Program-made: the position numbers and the translations under genes
Notes under the pieces: generated by a model
Databases searched by the model: none
What the model was told of the DNA's origin: nothing
Seen by the model: only the letters and a program-made list of their open reading frames with translations
In this document: positions 1-13,453 of the stretch, in pieces
How the letters are laid out: each line of letters starts with the position of its first letter
Position numbering within the stretch: position 1 is the stretch's first letter
NCBI GenBank assembly: GCA_023231475.1
Contig: JALJEE010000288.1
Location: 58,012 to 78,011 of the forward strand
DNA from: Seison nebaliae
Lineage: Eukaryota
Reading direction: 5' to 3'
DNA length: 20,000 nt

Positions 1-11
1 TTAGATGATTA

Positions 12-914
<903 letters not shown>

Positions 915-3900
915 GCTGTGCTATATCTAATAATTCTTTTGGGGAAGAAATGGAAAATGATAAGAATAGTTTGAAAGAAATTTCTGATAAAATATTAGTT
1001 AATAGATGAAAAGTCAGATGAATTAGTTAGTCGTATCTATCATCATTGAGGCGTTGAATGAATGGAATGGAATGGATGTTGGAAGAGATGGAAGATAATA
1101 TGAAGAAAGTAGATAATTATAAATAGAATGTAAGTGAAAACATTTGCATAATATAATTAAAAGAAAGAAAGTTATTGTGTTTCGTTTATTAAAGATTGGG
1201 AATTAGCATATAATAATAATTATGGTCACAAAGAGGTAGAGGCGAATATACTTAAAACTTGTGCATATTCTATTAAAACTAATGAATTTATAATAAGCTT
1301 ATCAGGGAAGAGGTTGTTGGAAGAAACGGTAGAAAAGCTGGTGAAGAAGAAGGGGTTGAATTAGAATGAATGTAGGAACCGTTCAAAATTTTAATATAAT
1401 ATATTGATGACAATATGGGACGGTGTATTTGATGAAATATTGATGAGATCGAAAAAAGACAATTAGAAAACTAAAAGGCAAATATAAAATGCACAATGAC
1501 GAAGATGTTAAAGAAGGAAAGTTATTGATTCATTTTCATCAATTCTCTCGAGATGAACTACTTCTCATCTATAATCATATTGCAAACGAATAATATTGGT
1601 GCATTGCATCTGCACAAATGGAATGTGTCTCTAAGTAAAAACATTTAATTGAACTGTTTCATCTTTCTGTTCTCCGATAGAGTTATGGTGCGAAAATTCC
1701 TTTCATTGATAATTTAATTAACTTCTCAATTGACATTCCTCCTCCTTCTTCCCCCACCCGAAAATCCTCATTAGTTTTTAATAAATTTCTCCAAAAATGC
1801 ATTTGATAAGAAATTATCGTTATCATCATCAGCATCATCAGTGTCCGTCTCTAGTGAGACATGAGAACTATGAGCCTAATGAGAAGACAAATGGGAAAGG
1901 ATTAATCGACAGTTCACTTTCTAGCGAATATTCTCACATCTAGTTCGTATTCCCTAGTTCTACGCTTTGCCATATTCGTCGTTAGTTGCCTTGTATATGT
2001 TGGCACTTCGGAAAAAATTGGAAGTTAGAAAGAAGAAAACGAAGACGAATAAATGGGAAGAAGTAGTGCGGGTAAAGTAGAGGAGAAGAAGCAGAAAATA
2101 AGAATGATGAAGAATGAGGCAAATAAGATGTGCGAACTCCCATAGGAATGGCGCCAAGCGTAATTATATGAATAGTGAAATCGAAACTCTTCGGTCTTAT
2201 CGGAGAATGAATGAAAAAGGAATTTTGAAATGACGATCAAAATATTGATAATAAAATGATGTTTTGACGATATGTGCTTCTCAGATATAATTTCAATTAG
2301 ATTTCATTATGCCTCTCCCATCTTCAGTCTTCCTCCAATTTACAATGCCTTCTTTCTCTTCCTCACCTATTCTTCTCCTTCCTTAGATTGAATGTTATCG
2401 AATGATAACGTTTGTCGGTGAAAACCGGAGAATGGCACATGGAAAAACAACATTGCGATCATTCCGCTACTCATATAACAGGATCATTCTGACGATTTTT
2501 TTTCTATGCATATGCCTCTGACGAATGAGTTGTGATCGATCATTTATGCAGTCGTACCCAGTCATTCGTTGCTTCTCCTGTCACAACGAGAGAAAAGGAA
2601 TAACAGACTGACAAAAAAATTAAATTTGTAATTGAATGACAAGAATTTTTCAATTCCACCCTCCGTCTACCTGATGATGATAAATGATATTCAAATTGAT
2701 CGATAAGCAATTTATTTGAATAATACAACTCAATAATAATATCATTAAGTTGATAAGGTCTGATTTGAAAATTGAAGTGAAATAATTGAACTGTAAATTT
2801 GAAATTTAATTTTTGAAGGAGAAGAAAATTTGATTAAGATTTGATAAAAAGTAAAGTTAAATAATACGTTAGGGAATGAGATAGTTGGTCATGAGAGTTA
2901 CCTAACGAAATACCATGACCGCATTACTACCAAATAGTTCCCCAAAGAATAGGGTAGAAGAGAAATGGACCTAATCCTCCACTGTTTTGTTCCCAAGTTG
3001 TAGAGCGATTAGGGAAAAGCAATAAGGGAATACTATCATTCCAACGTAGCAACAACATTAAGGAGAATGTTTATGAATGAAAATCATGCAACAGTTTCTC
3101 ATCCACCATCATCTATTGAATGAATGAACAGAATGAAAGGAAGATTTGGTGAGGAGAAACATGAAAATGAACAGATTTGTTGAACGAGTCGTTAATATTG
3201 GGACATCATGTCAACGATCCGATAGATTATTATTCTGTCTTTCACATTGATCAACATGAATTATGAGTAGAAACACACGAAAATTAATTGATATAATCAT
3301 AATCACATGGTTGTATATCTGGGAGAGAAATGATAAAACAAAAAAAACTTTTTCTATTATCAGCGAGAATAATGGACGAATTCGCTTATAAATACGAGAA
3401 CGGATGCTCCTCTTTTTCTATAGAAATGTGTAGTAGATAATAATAACTCTCGTGTACTATGCATATTGCGACTGAACAATTGTGACAAAGTAAAAGAAAA
3501 TCAGCATAGAAGGGAAATATGAAGGTGAGACAATGATAAGCATATGGTCGAGAGATAAATTTTTCAATTTACTATTCATTCATTCATTCTTTCGCTCACT
3601 GACTATTTCTCATCTAGAAATTATAATGTGAGCTAATTGAATAAATTAAAGTCTTCCCAAAAAGCGAATTGGTCGCGACAATCGTCTTCTTTCCTATTGG
3701 CTTTTCTTCATCTTTCTTTCAAATTTTGACGCCTGCACACAACTTAACTTGACAGTTCAGCCGATATTCTCACGGAATATCAACTGTGCTCTTTTCAATT
3801 CACTCTTATCACACGTTCACCCATTCACACATTAAACCACGATGACGATATGACTGTCCTTTCTCACCGCAACCAATCAATAAAGTAAAAGAATTCTTTA

Positions 3901-5964
3901 CTTTTTCCGTTAGAGAATAAATGAATTTTTCTGTATTATATCAGACAAATTATTGCCTTTCTTACAAATAAGAAGTTTCGGTGAAATTGTAGGAGAGTGC
4001 TAATAATTAGGCGAACGCTTTATATGTTTCACCATTCAACACAGTTAGAATTGTCTCATTAACAATATCTGACAACGATGTACGTTTTTTGTTTGGCGAT
4101 TATGATTTCCAATTTTACCGACAATTCTTAAAAGTATTTCTTTGGTATTTCCTTCAGAACCACGATCGAATCACCTTATTGTGATAAATTAGTAAATCGA
4201 CGCCGACGTTTAATGAAATAAAACGAAATTCGCCTCTTCTTCTTTTACTAAATTGACAAACAAGAAAACTTATATCGTTTTGATATCAACCGACAATACA
4301 CTGTTACAAGAACTCCGTTTCAGCACAACAAATTTAGGTAAACCCTTATTCAACTTAAGGTAATTTAAAAGAAAAAAAAAATCGGTTCGATGTTAAAATA
4401 TTTCTTCCTATCCGATAGATCAATTTCAATGATTCATTCCAATTAATACGAAGTGAAATTATTATAAAAGGAATTTTTTCATCGATCTCATTATTGTAAT
4501 TCGTCCTTTCCATCCAATTCAAATATACGGAAAACCATATCGATGGATTTTTAGCGGGAAATTTGCATATTTCTTCATACGGGTAAGTGCCAATTAGATT
4601 TTCCAGGAATTTCCCATGAGAAGATGACGATAAATTAGAAAGCTCTCTAATATTTGTCCATTTATTCTTTTCTCGATTTTTGTTGTGCTGATGTTCGTCA
4701 AAGAATAACCGAGTAGCTTTCTACTCTACGAATATTTGTATTTCATTCGTTCACAACTTTCTTTAAATTGTAATTTCTCCTCATGTTTTAGGATTTTTTA
4801 GTAAAATTTCAAACTTCTATGGCAATACAGTTTTACCCACTTATAAATTGTTCTCCAAAATAAAAATAAAACGGACGAATCTATTCCTTCGAAACATTCG
4901 AAGTCAAAGAAATAAGAGTAACTGTGCATTTTTTAAAGGGCATAAAATGTTTTCCAAAATTTCAAAGGAAAGAGTAGAGCTGTTCGAAATCCAAATAAGA
5001 TTCCGACATTTTCGATAAGATTATTTTACTTTTATGGAATGCGATTGATTCCTAATGTTCAAAGTTGATTAATTTACCTAATTTTTTAAAAATAGTATCA
5101 GATGGATGTTTAACAACTATAAAAAAAATGTTTCCAGGAAATTGAACACATATTAATATCATATATGTACATATACATTAAAGATTTTTCGAAAATTTGA
5201 TTTTTAAAAATTCTTAAAGTTAAAAAAGTCTAAATTTTGCATAAATTTTTGAAATAAAGTTCAATAAAGGATCACCTGCTGGTTGAGCAGGACTGCATAT
5301 GCGTGAAAAACTACTGACACAGACTACATGAGTAATATTGTTGTTTAATGAGTAAATAATAATCCTTTTCTCATTAATAAATTTTTCTTTTGAAACAATC
5401 ATAAAAGGATGAAATACTTACTCATTATACATGTATTTCGATAGTTTCTAAAGTTTTGAAACTCACAAGTTTGCACTTGTGAGTTTATATTATTGGTATG
5501 TAATATCTGAATAATCATTTCTCATCTAACAAAGTAAGCCTAAAAGGAATAAGTGGATATTCGTGAGCAAGAAGTTATCAAGTTTACTCATTTATCCACA
5601 TTTACCCAATTCTGTTTAGAGCATTTCAAGCTATTTATAATGATAACAAATTCAACCTCATGTGTGAAAGTGTTGAAAAAATCTACTGGATATTTATCGT
5701 CTTAGATAATCGGCTACAATTAATTATTCAATTCACAATAATTAGGAAGATTAAGATAAAAGGTTGAGGTAATCATTATATGAGATAACAATAATTGAAA
5801 AATATTCCTTATTGTTTCTATTCCTAACTAATAATAAATATTATCATAATATAGAGATTATAACCGATATTGTATCATTATATTAAACTAATCGTAGAAG
5901 AACTTATATTGATAATTTCCATAAATCTTCAATTTTGAGGAAGTTTCAAAGATTGTCATTTTAT

Positions 5965-8782
5965 TTAATTTTGAAAAGAAAAGGTTTTTGTTGGATTAAT
6001 AATATTATTTTTAGATTTCAGTTTGAAATATTGAAGAAAAAAAGGTAAATTGAAAATGAAATACGATAAGAGTTCAATGACTGTAATCAAACTCATTCCC
6101 ATAAACAAACAAGCCGTACCTGCAACTTCTCCGAATATTTCATAGTTTTCTGTTACCAATGTCTCATACTCCCAATTTTTCAAGAATTGATTAAAATAAA
6201 CATTAAAACTATAAATACTGCCTCTATTTTAAATAAAAGAAGAGAATAGAAATTAAAAACCAACCTCCAATTGTCCTCAGTGAGACATTTGTTTTTTAAT
6301 ATCGTTTGTGCTTCTTTTATATCGATGGATCCATTATAGTGAACTGGTTCTAAATATAATTCATACTGAATAACATTTAAATCGACACCACAACGTCGCT
6401 GTTGGTCTTCGCGCATTGGTGCAGTATCATCTTCATCCAATCGTTGTAAGGTTAATGTTTGAAGTACTAGTTCAGTTTCGTCACACAAGTCAAACCGACA
6501 ATTTTTTAAAATTTCTTCAAAAGTATTGGATGTAGGACGAAGAAATTTATCATTGAAAACGGTCAAACATTCCACATCAATGAAGGAACTACAAACAGTA
6601 TCAATATTTCTCTCAATTTGATGACGTCGAAATAGCCATGAATGATCAATATTATTATTAGATGGATGACTAAAGGGCAAACAGTTACAGGCTTGTCTTC
6701 GCTCCCTTTCCACCATTTCTGAAATGCATTGTCCATTTGTTTTTTTCTCATTCAATCGACAGCTTTCTCCGTTACTATACTTTTGATGAAATCTCTTTTT
6801 CTATTAAAATGAATCCATTGAGGAATTGGGTAATTGAAAATTATTTAGTTGTTAAAAAGTAAAATTTGTAGAATGAAAATAAGAAAGAAAGAAAATAAAA
6901 CAGTTTTCTCTCGTAATTGAATATCATGATGGAATCCAGGATGTAAAATGTAACCCTGAAGAGAAGGGTTAGGTATTTGACCAGGAGGATGAATCATCAG
7001 TTTTAGTGAACTAAAACTTCGATCAATGTTGAATATTTGATATTCGTATTTGTCATAAGATATTCGGCTATCAAACATCAAATAAAAACCGCCAACTACA
7101 CCCATGAAACGTTGATGGGTACGTTCAATATTCGAAGTATTTTCGTACCTATAGTATTCAGATAATTTGACTTCCTTCGTATCTAAAGTCCAACATATAC
7201 CACCAATAGTAAATAGTTTCTTGAAAATCTAAAAATTAAAATTTCAATTAGAAAAACAAAAAACTAATAAACGTTCTTCCGACAAATATTTGTTCCCATA
7301 GTACAAAGTAGAATATTTTCATTCATATCCCAAGCAACATCATTCAAAAATTTCCCAACGTTAAAATCTGAAAAAAATATTACGAAACAATTAGGAGAGA
7401 AATTGTAGGAAAATATCTCCCAATAAATCTAACCAATTTTCTTAGTCATCATTTCTTGTAAAAAGAAATGACCTGTATTAAAACAGAAAGACCGTTTAAC
7501 ATGTGAAATATCTCTGAATAACGGAATTTCACTACCAGAATAATTTCCATAAATAAAATATTCACAATCGAAGTTATCCAATAATTCCTTATCGTACAAA
7601 TGTGAAATATTTAATTTCATTAAATTTTTTATTGAACGGCAAAGTAATTTATCGATATTTATATACAACTCTTCAAATTTCCAAATAAAACGTAGCAAAT
7701 GTTCTGAAATCCATTTGATACCATATATTGATCTAATCTTTTGGTGCAATGTTTGAAAGTTATCTCTAAAATAAGGAATGTTTTCGTTGAATTCTTCCAA
7801 ATTTTCGAATACTACAAATTGTGGAGCTATGCGTCCATATTCTAATGTATATTGCATATTAAGTAAATCATAAAGCAATAATGACTCGTTGCGTAAAATT
7901 TCTTTCTGCAGTTTTGATAATTTTGAAATTTTCTCAATCATTTCACTATCATAAATTTTTGATTCTGTTGAATAATTTTCAATTTTCTCCCTCTCTCCAA
8001 AAAAACCGAAATAATTGAACAAATATGAAAAATAACGGAACGGTTTGACAAATTGCACGGTAGTATCTTCATAATTATATGGCATTACCATCGTTATGAC
8101 ACTATACAATTTGATTATCGTCAAATAATTATGAGTTTTTTTAGCTGTATACGGTTCCTTATAAAAGTCATCGTTTAAAAGACTCTCATTGCCTTTGTTT
8201 GTACGAAGATAGATAAATAAATGACCATACACCTCCGAGAGATATGTGTTTTTTATTTTATATTCGTCAATTTTCAATTCGCCAATTATTGGTATGAATA
8301 CATCGATCAAATATTTATAATTTTCATTCGGTTCCATCAGTTTGGTCAAGTGAGAATAATTAGCCATTTCATATTCTCTCATTTTATCCATCTTCGACTT
8401 CAGGATTCTTTTGTTTATAAAAATCCAATAACAATTTAAATTAAATATAATTTACGTTCAATAAATTATTAAAAGTTAATTGCTAAACTGATTATAATTA
8501 CAAATTGTCAATTGAGGAAATTCGATACTGGTAGCAACATTCGTCTTTTTTATAATATATGTCTTCTTTTCTAAGAAATCAATAATCATAGTCGAACAAT
8601 TGAACAACATTGATAAGAAAGAACACTGATGCAAGAAGAGATAATTCCATTTAAAATTTTAATCAATCTGAAATGAAAACTGCAATTAAAATGGCCCAAA
8701 TTTTCCGAAATTTGCTCGATCGAATTTGACTTATATTACACAATCCATGGCATGTCGTATCAAGTTTCTGATAAGTTTTCAT
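5965..8782 (-). CDS. DEG/ENaC (amiloride-sensitive sodium channel superfamily) subunit, ~809 aa, 7 exons
   Basis: Exons 8782-8681, 8625-8489, 8407-7434, 7367-7273, 7228-6902, 6800-6265, 6223-5965 are phase-compatible (2430 nt). Family motifs in order: TTCHGL (HG motif), RKIW-TM1, FPQLTICNYN, LLCTMGTNIC, FTIGGICWT, LKLMIHPPGQIP...ILHPG, Cys-rich thumb (QACNCLPF...C), VYF, and TM2 GEVAGTACLFMGMSLITVIE with a GxS filter. Confidence 0.92.
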
Positions 8783-9873
8783 TTTAGGAAAATTTTCCTT
8801 CTTTCATTTCTTTTATCAATTAAAATGAGAGAAAGTTTTAAAACATTATCCATGTATGATTATTGTGCACTTCATCCGAATTAAAAGGAAATTATATTTC
8901 GTGAGAAGTCAAATAAATTCTGTTTTATTCAAAATTCCTTTTACGGTTATAAGGAAAAACAACGTGATGTAATACGAAGAACGAAACGATGACGAATTAT
9001 AATTTTTTCATAAAAATAATTATGATAACTTCCTAAAATTGAAATTTGAACATTTCATCATTCGCCAAACAAATAAATCGGAAATTAACGAAACAATCTG
9101 ATTTGTTCTTTCTGAAATGTGTAAGGAGGAGAAGGATAGAGAGAAGGGAAAATAGAGATATTGTAATAATGAAAAATATCGGAAAATTCATCAAGAGAAG
9201 AATTCATCTAGATCATCAACGAATTGGTTGGAATTCACGATCAATTTCATGATAATTCAAGGATGAAATTATTATTGGAAATATCTCATTATTAACAGAT
9301 TGAACAGAAATGAATATGTACAGAAATATGAGGGTTGTTTAAATTATAGAAAAAGAAATAGGAAAAATACTCAATTAACGGCCAGATAAACTTTATTATA
9401 TTTTCTTTGTCTTTTTTTCGATGTCCATCCAAATTCTTCTCAGAGAAACGATGGAACAAAGTTGAATAAGATGAATTGGAGAAATGATATATATATATGT
9501 ATGTTTCATACGGAAGAAGGAATTTCTTCAATAACCGAAAGAAATTTTACGAAAATAAAAAAAAAATAAGAAAGTTTTGAGTTGTCTTACTCCAGTTTTC
9601 AGTCAAATGGAGAGAGAAAGAAAGAGAAAGAGAGTGTGCGAGAAAAGAAAAGAATGAACGAATATATTTCAAGAGAACCGTCGAAAGACAATAATAATAA
9701 GAGTCATGCATTAACAATGCATCGTTCAATGTCATGTGTTGATGTATGTTGTGAGAAAGAAATAGAGAATGTTTGGAGAGAAATGAAAAGATAATGTTCA
9801 ATATTATTCAATAGAATTCCAATTATGTTTTGAAAGGGAGAAGAGTGAGAGAGACATAAAGATGGATGATCTT

Positions 9874-12800
9874 TTATACTGAATCTTTCGCACCACCAAA
9901 CAAATTCAATGGATCATCAAAAGAACGGTGTTTAATTTTATTCTTTTCCAATTCTTGTTGTCTCATCTCAAACTCATTCTCACACGGTTGATCATTAAAG
10001 TTAAATGAAGTGGAGGAGGTGGATGACGACGTTTCCACATTCTTCTCATTATTGGATGATATCTTTTGTTGTCATTGGAAAAAAATGTGATTTATATGGA
10101 AGAGATAAAAATTATCTTACCGTTTTCATATTGGAATTAGGTGAGGGAGGAGTAGAATCCATATCCTCATCCTCCGATGAAGAATCTGAGAGATTTCCAG
10201 ATTTTTTCTTTTGGCCTTCTTCCTTTCCACTTTTTTCTTCTTCTTTCGTTGACATTTCTGGAGTTCCTATATGAAATTTATTTTTCATATTTTCTTATAA
10301 TAAATCCAAAAAGAAAATTAACTTTGCATATTCTTACGTGCAATTCCACCAGTCATTACTTTTTCTATAAATTTCAGGAAATTAGAATATGAATTGAAAT
10401 TATTAAATATATTAAAACTGAATGAATAATCGGAGGGGTTATTCGAAGGCTGATGAGGAATATTTGGTTGAGGTTCATTCTGTGACGGATAAACTAAAAT
10501 ATTCTTTCTATTTCTTGGCGATTTGACCGATTTATCCGAATCGACCATTTGGGAAGCAGTTTCGTCCGCTTCTCTCACTGCCAATTTGACGAATGCTTCC
10601 AAATATCGTAAGGTGGATGGTTGAAGTTTCTCAAAATCGATTTCAATCTCCTCCTGTTTCCAATTCTTATGTGTATGTTCTCGCTCATTAATGATCTCGA
10701 CAACATTACCTAATCTTTCACCTGATGACATAAAAATTGAAGAAAATTTTTCTTTATGAAACTAACAAGAAAGATTATTGATATTCACTGATAATTCACG
10801 TTTCTCATCATATGTCATTTGACGTGAATCTTCGACATATGTCTGATCAAGCATACGTCTCAATGTGTTGCGTTCGGCTGCTGTCTGTTGATTCTCCTTC
10901 TTATCATCTTTCGATTTCGATTGTTCACCTTTTCGAATATTTCGATTGTTCTTATTCAAAATTGAATTGATATTTATATTTGTGGATTTATTCGAACTAT
11001 TCGTCGTTGGAGGCGACGGTGCACCAACTAATGATGGACAACCATTATAATTACTCATTATATTGGGAATTCCATCCTTATCAATTTGTCCGTCATCCAT
11101 CGATGTTATATTTACTTGTTCATCAATCGTTTCACTCTTCACAAGACAAATTGAATTATTATCAACGATAGAATTATCAAGAAGATGTTTCCGTTTCGAT
11201 ATCGATTCTAAATTAGTGGACTTAGAATTCCTTCTCTTCTGAGATTGGGTTGCTATTAATTAATTAAGTAATTATTCATTAAATTAATTTAATTTATTTC
11301 AAATATTATTCTAACTTAAATCTTTATTTCCTTTATTTCGTGTATTTCCTTTCACATTTCCCAATCCCATACCCATTCCAATTCCTTCTTGATTTAAAAA
11401 CACCTTAATCAGATGACCATCAGTCACGCCAGAACTGGATGGAACATGATCATTCACTGCCTTGTTCAATGCAGTAACTAATCCATCGACAGTCTGTTGA
11501 ATATTCTTCACCTGTTTTCAAATGAAATTTAATGGAAATTTTCAAATAGAGAAAAATTGAACTTGTTTCTGTAGAGTCAAAAAATATCTCAACATTCCAC
11601 CACACGTTAATGAATCCACATCTTTCAAATGATAAAATGTTTATAAAGAAGAAAAAGAAGAAAATGAACTATGATTCAACATGGAATTCGGCGAATCACT
11701 TGCCACAACATTCTTTACAGTTGCTCGCGATTGTTTGTGTACACTGGAAATTTGATTAATGGAACGACGGTTCGATGAATTTGATGTCGATGTCGAAATG
11801 CCGAGTACCGAATTTGCGTTAATTAATCCTTCTCCATTACCTGATGGAATATTGATGGAATGATCAATAATTTTATGAGGAATATTATTGTTATCATTTA
11901 AAATATTACTATTTGAGGTCACAGCAGAATTCGTGACATTAGAAGCAATGTTAATAGCGTTATCAATCGACTTCCCACTAGTAATAAGATTGGAAGAATT
12001 TGGAATTCCGGAAGATGGCGACGAAATCGTTGTCATTCCACCTTTCACTAATCCCTCAGCTATGTGATTTACAGAATTGCCTAATCGTCAAAAGATTATG
12101 GAAATAGAAGAAATAGCAAGAAAGAATGAAAAAGAAATAAATATAAATGAAATATACCTGTCATCACCTGCGATTGTGTCATGGAAGCAGCATTACAACT
12201 TGATGAATGTCTCCTCGGATATCTTTGATCTTGTTTGGGTTCGATTTTCTCTGGTTTACAATCTTCTTGATCGGTCTGTGGTAATCCTTCGTATAATTTA
12301 CCGAATGCATCCTAAATAATAAAAATTTCCATTAAATGACAATTGAAATAGCAAATCAAACTTCCAATTTTCTTCCCATCTTCACCACATCCTCACCAGC
12401 CGCATTATATTTATAGCAATTATTTAACATCAATCGAAAATCATTCTCGAATTCTTTCGCTTCTGTATATTCTCCACGTTCCAATTTATCCTTTAAAAAA
12501 AAAGAGTAAACAAGTGAAATTGAAATGAATTATTAATAAACTTTTATTGTTCTCATATCCATCGGTTCTGTAATGATTTGATGATAATCAAATAATTGCA
12601 ATTTCTCAACATCTACCGGATCGTAGAATGGCCATGCGAACTCCTGGAAGGAAGGAAAGAAAGATGAGTCATTTCATCAATTCCATTGAGGAATTTGAGA
12701 CAAACTCGATATTTCTTTGCAAGTAATTGCACGATCAAATGATAACAGAACCTCAATCGTGGTTTCATCTAAATTGGATTAAATGAATAATCTTATAAGA

Positions 12801-13453
12801 ATTCAAATCAAACTTCACTCTTTGTCAATTTTTTCTTCTGCACTTTACGAGCAGAATTCATCTTTTTTTCAGTCATATCTTTCAACTGAATAATGAGAGA
12901 AATATTGAAATTTTTATATATTGAAAAGAAGAAATCGAAACAGATATATTATTTTCCGAATCAGTTTCAATTGTATCAACATTCGAATTGGGAATTAGAG
13001 AAGAGTTATCTGTTGAATTAGCGTTCGATTTGACGGGAACGTATTTGGCAATTTGTTCATTCAAATTCGATTCAGCTGACAATTTCTCCTTAAGGAAATT
13101 CAAAAGTAAATTTTGTGTCGCGTCCGTTGTGACTGCACTTGTCTCGCTACTATTATTAGTAGTAGTAGTTGTAGTAGTAGTAGCAGTAATGGTAATAGTT
13201 TGATTAATTTCGATTTGGTTATCTAGCTGATTCGGTTGTATTTGGTTTTCCTTCGATTCAGTTGTCTTTTCTTCTTTTATTTGATCTGGTTTTGCTGAAT
13301 CGGCCTCCTGTAATAACTGAAAGGAGAAATGAATTCGAATTTCGAGAGAAGAGAAAAGTCATGAAAAGTGTTGGGAGAAAAAGAGAAAAAAAATGAAACA
13401 TTCGAATTGTCACTGGAGTTCTCAAACAATCGTTTATCTAGGCACTGTGCCAT
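9874..13453 (-). CDS. BET-family protein (BRD2/3/4, fs(1)h-like): one bromodomain, coiled-coil motif B, ET domain, SEED-like acidic stretch; ~926 aa, 15 exons
   Basis: Exons 13453-13400, 13316-12942, 12885-12814, 12768-12706, 12643-12542, 12490-12362, 12311-12158, 12080-11670, 11621-11563, 11511-11316, 11252-10767, 10721-10419, 10364-10323, 10266-10121, 10062-9874 are phase-consistent (2781 nt). Bromodomain: [49 protein letters not shown]...[14 protein letters not shown] domain: [28 protein letters not shown]...[22 protein letters not shown]. Acidic SDSSSEDED near the C-terminus. Start codon and terminal exons are less certain than the domains. Confidence 0.92.
13150..13200 (-). repeat. Imperfect (ACT)n trinucleotide tract encoding poly-Thr in BET exon 2
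   Basis: Plus strand agtagtagttgtagtagtagtagcagtaatggtaatagt; minus frame reads [18 protein letters not shown]. Confidence 0.8.

Noticed and set aside
1960..5402. Short ORFs at 1960-2157, 2025-2240, 2540-2728 and 5220-5402
   Set aside because: Low-complexity Phe/Leu/Ile translations of pyrimidine-rich DNA, with no motifs or consistent exon chains.
9046..9801. Short ORFs between the DEG/ENaC and BET genes
   Set aside because: Compositionally biased; most likely BET 3' UTR and DEG/ENaC promoter.
9874..9965. BRD4-like P-TEFb-binding C-terminal motif in [24 protein letters not shown]
   Set aside because: Resemblance is too weak to call without a profile search (PF17105).
13205..13280. miR-9 precursor on the plus strand
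   Set aside because: No complementary miR-79-like arm nearby, and the match lacks nt 1-2 and 19-23. Kept only as a possible target site.
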